Positions 63,060 to 64,000 of a DNA stretch of 64,000 bases are shown here, in pieces (position 1 is the stretch's first letter; the number at the start of each line of letters is the position of its first letter). The notes beneath the pieces are model-generated. The model worked only from the letters and a program-made list of their open reading frames with translations. It did not search any database and was not told where the DNA came from. Origin of the DNA: Podarcis tiliguerta (taxonomy: Eukaryota); the NCBI GenBank assembly GCA_965153285.1, contig OZ229111.1; one strand, written 5' to 3'. A program made the position numbers and the translations under genes.

Positions 63060-63240
63060 ATCTCTGTGCCTGCAAGCCGAGCTGTGGAGCTGGCTGAGCT
63101 GCTGCTTAAGGACTCCACTGTGTGGCTGGCAGGACTCGCAGCCCGGGACAGTTTGCGCTTGGAGGCAGGTCTGTGTCTGTACGGGAACGACATTGATGAG
63201 AGCACAACCCCTGTGGAAGCCAGTCTGATATGGACCCTTG
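63060..63240 (+). CDS. AMT: AMT exon 7
   Basis: acccag|[11 protein letters not shown]...[23 protein letters not shown]...WTL(G)|gtaggt. Confidence 0.96.
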
Positions 63241-63522
63241 GTAGGTGCCAGCTGCAATTCTGGATATCTCTCCCTGCCCTGCCTTCCTACCCATTGACAT
63301 TCCTGGCCAATATCAAACAGGCAAAAAGTCACCCATTCCTGCACCCCAGACCAGAGTAGACTGAGCATGGAACAAGAGTGGTTTTTTTGGAATGGGAGAG
63401 AAGCTGCACTGGGCCTTCAGTGGTGATGGGACACTATGTGGTGAGGGTAATTTGGACCACAGACGGGGGAATTCTTGTTCTGTTGGCCTTAACAGGACAC
63501 CTTATTTCCAATTGCTTCTCAG

Positions 63523-63678
63523 GGAAACGCCGCCGTGCTGCCATGGATTTCCCCGGTGCATCAATCATACTGGCCCAAATCAAAGAGAAGCCCAAAAGGA
63601 AACGTGTGGGGCTGACTTCTTCAGGGCCTCCCATCCGGCAGCACATGCCCATTCTCAGCCCAGAGGGCAAGGCCATTG
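63523..63678 (+). CDS. AMT: AMT exon 8 (final exon lies beyond window)
   Basis: tctcag|[12 protein letters not shown]...KRVGL...EGKAI(G)|gtaggt. Confidence 0.95.
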
Positions 63679-63763
63679 GTAGGTTCTCCAAGCTTCTCTG
63701 AGTACTGTCTAGGAAGATGATACATCAGCACTCTGCTGTAATAAGCACCCCAATAAGCACGCA

Positions 63764-64000
63764 CCGTATTTTTCGCCCTATAGGACACACTTTTTTCCCT
63801 CCAAAAATGAAGGGGAAATGTGTGTGCATCCTATGGGGTGAATGCAGGCTTTCGCTTCAGCTTTCAGCTTTCGCTGAAGCCTGGAGAGCGGAGACCCCTC
63901 TCGCTCTCCAGGCTTCAGGAAGCTATCCGCAAGCCGTGGGAGAGCTGCGCGAAGTCGCGCAGCTCTCCCACGGCTTTTGGAGAGCTGCCTGCACCCCAAA
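63764..64000. mobile_element. pogo/Tc2-like MITE, left part (runs off window)
   Basis: CCGTATTTTTCGCCCTATAGGAC terminus; internal inverted repeats (gaagcctggagagcg/cgctctccaggcttc). Confidence 0.7.

Overview
Vertebrate genomic DNA from a squamate lizard (multiple Sauria SINEs; lacertid-like is my inference). It holds five protein-coding genes, which I reconstructed by hand with GT-AG splice sites and consistent phases. (1) The last five coding exons of RNF123 (+): 309-393, 30550-30692, 35134-35228, 37991-38076, 38745-38844. (2) AMIGO3 (-), 17669-19252, with an uninterrupted CDS nested antisense in a ~30-kb RNF123 intron. (3) Complete GMPPB (-), 9 coding exons, 360 aa, convergent with RNF123. 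(4) Complete NICN1 (+), 6 coding exons, ~217 aa, head-to-head with GMPPB across a CpG-island promoter. (5) AMT (+), exons 1-8, with the last exon beyond the window. Introns are rich in Sauria SINEs, CR1 fragments, and hAT- and Tc1/mariner-like MITEs. I see no wholly new gene system. The best leads are: an inverted SINE pair bracketing an in-frame, stop-free block of AMT exons 4-6 (circRNA candidate); TE insertions within two splice-donor regions; a GMPPB/NICN1 bidirectional promoter with UPR-type motifs in a gene order unlike human; a MITE family carrying the same ZNF143/THAP11-type motif as the AMT promoter; and a templated 26-bp palindrome.
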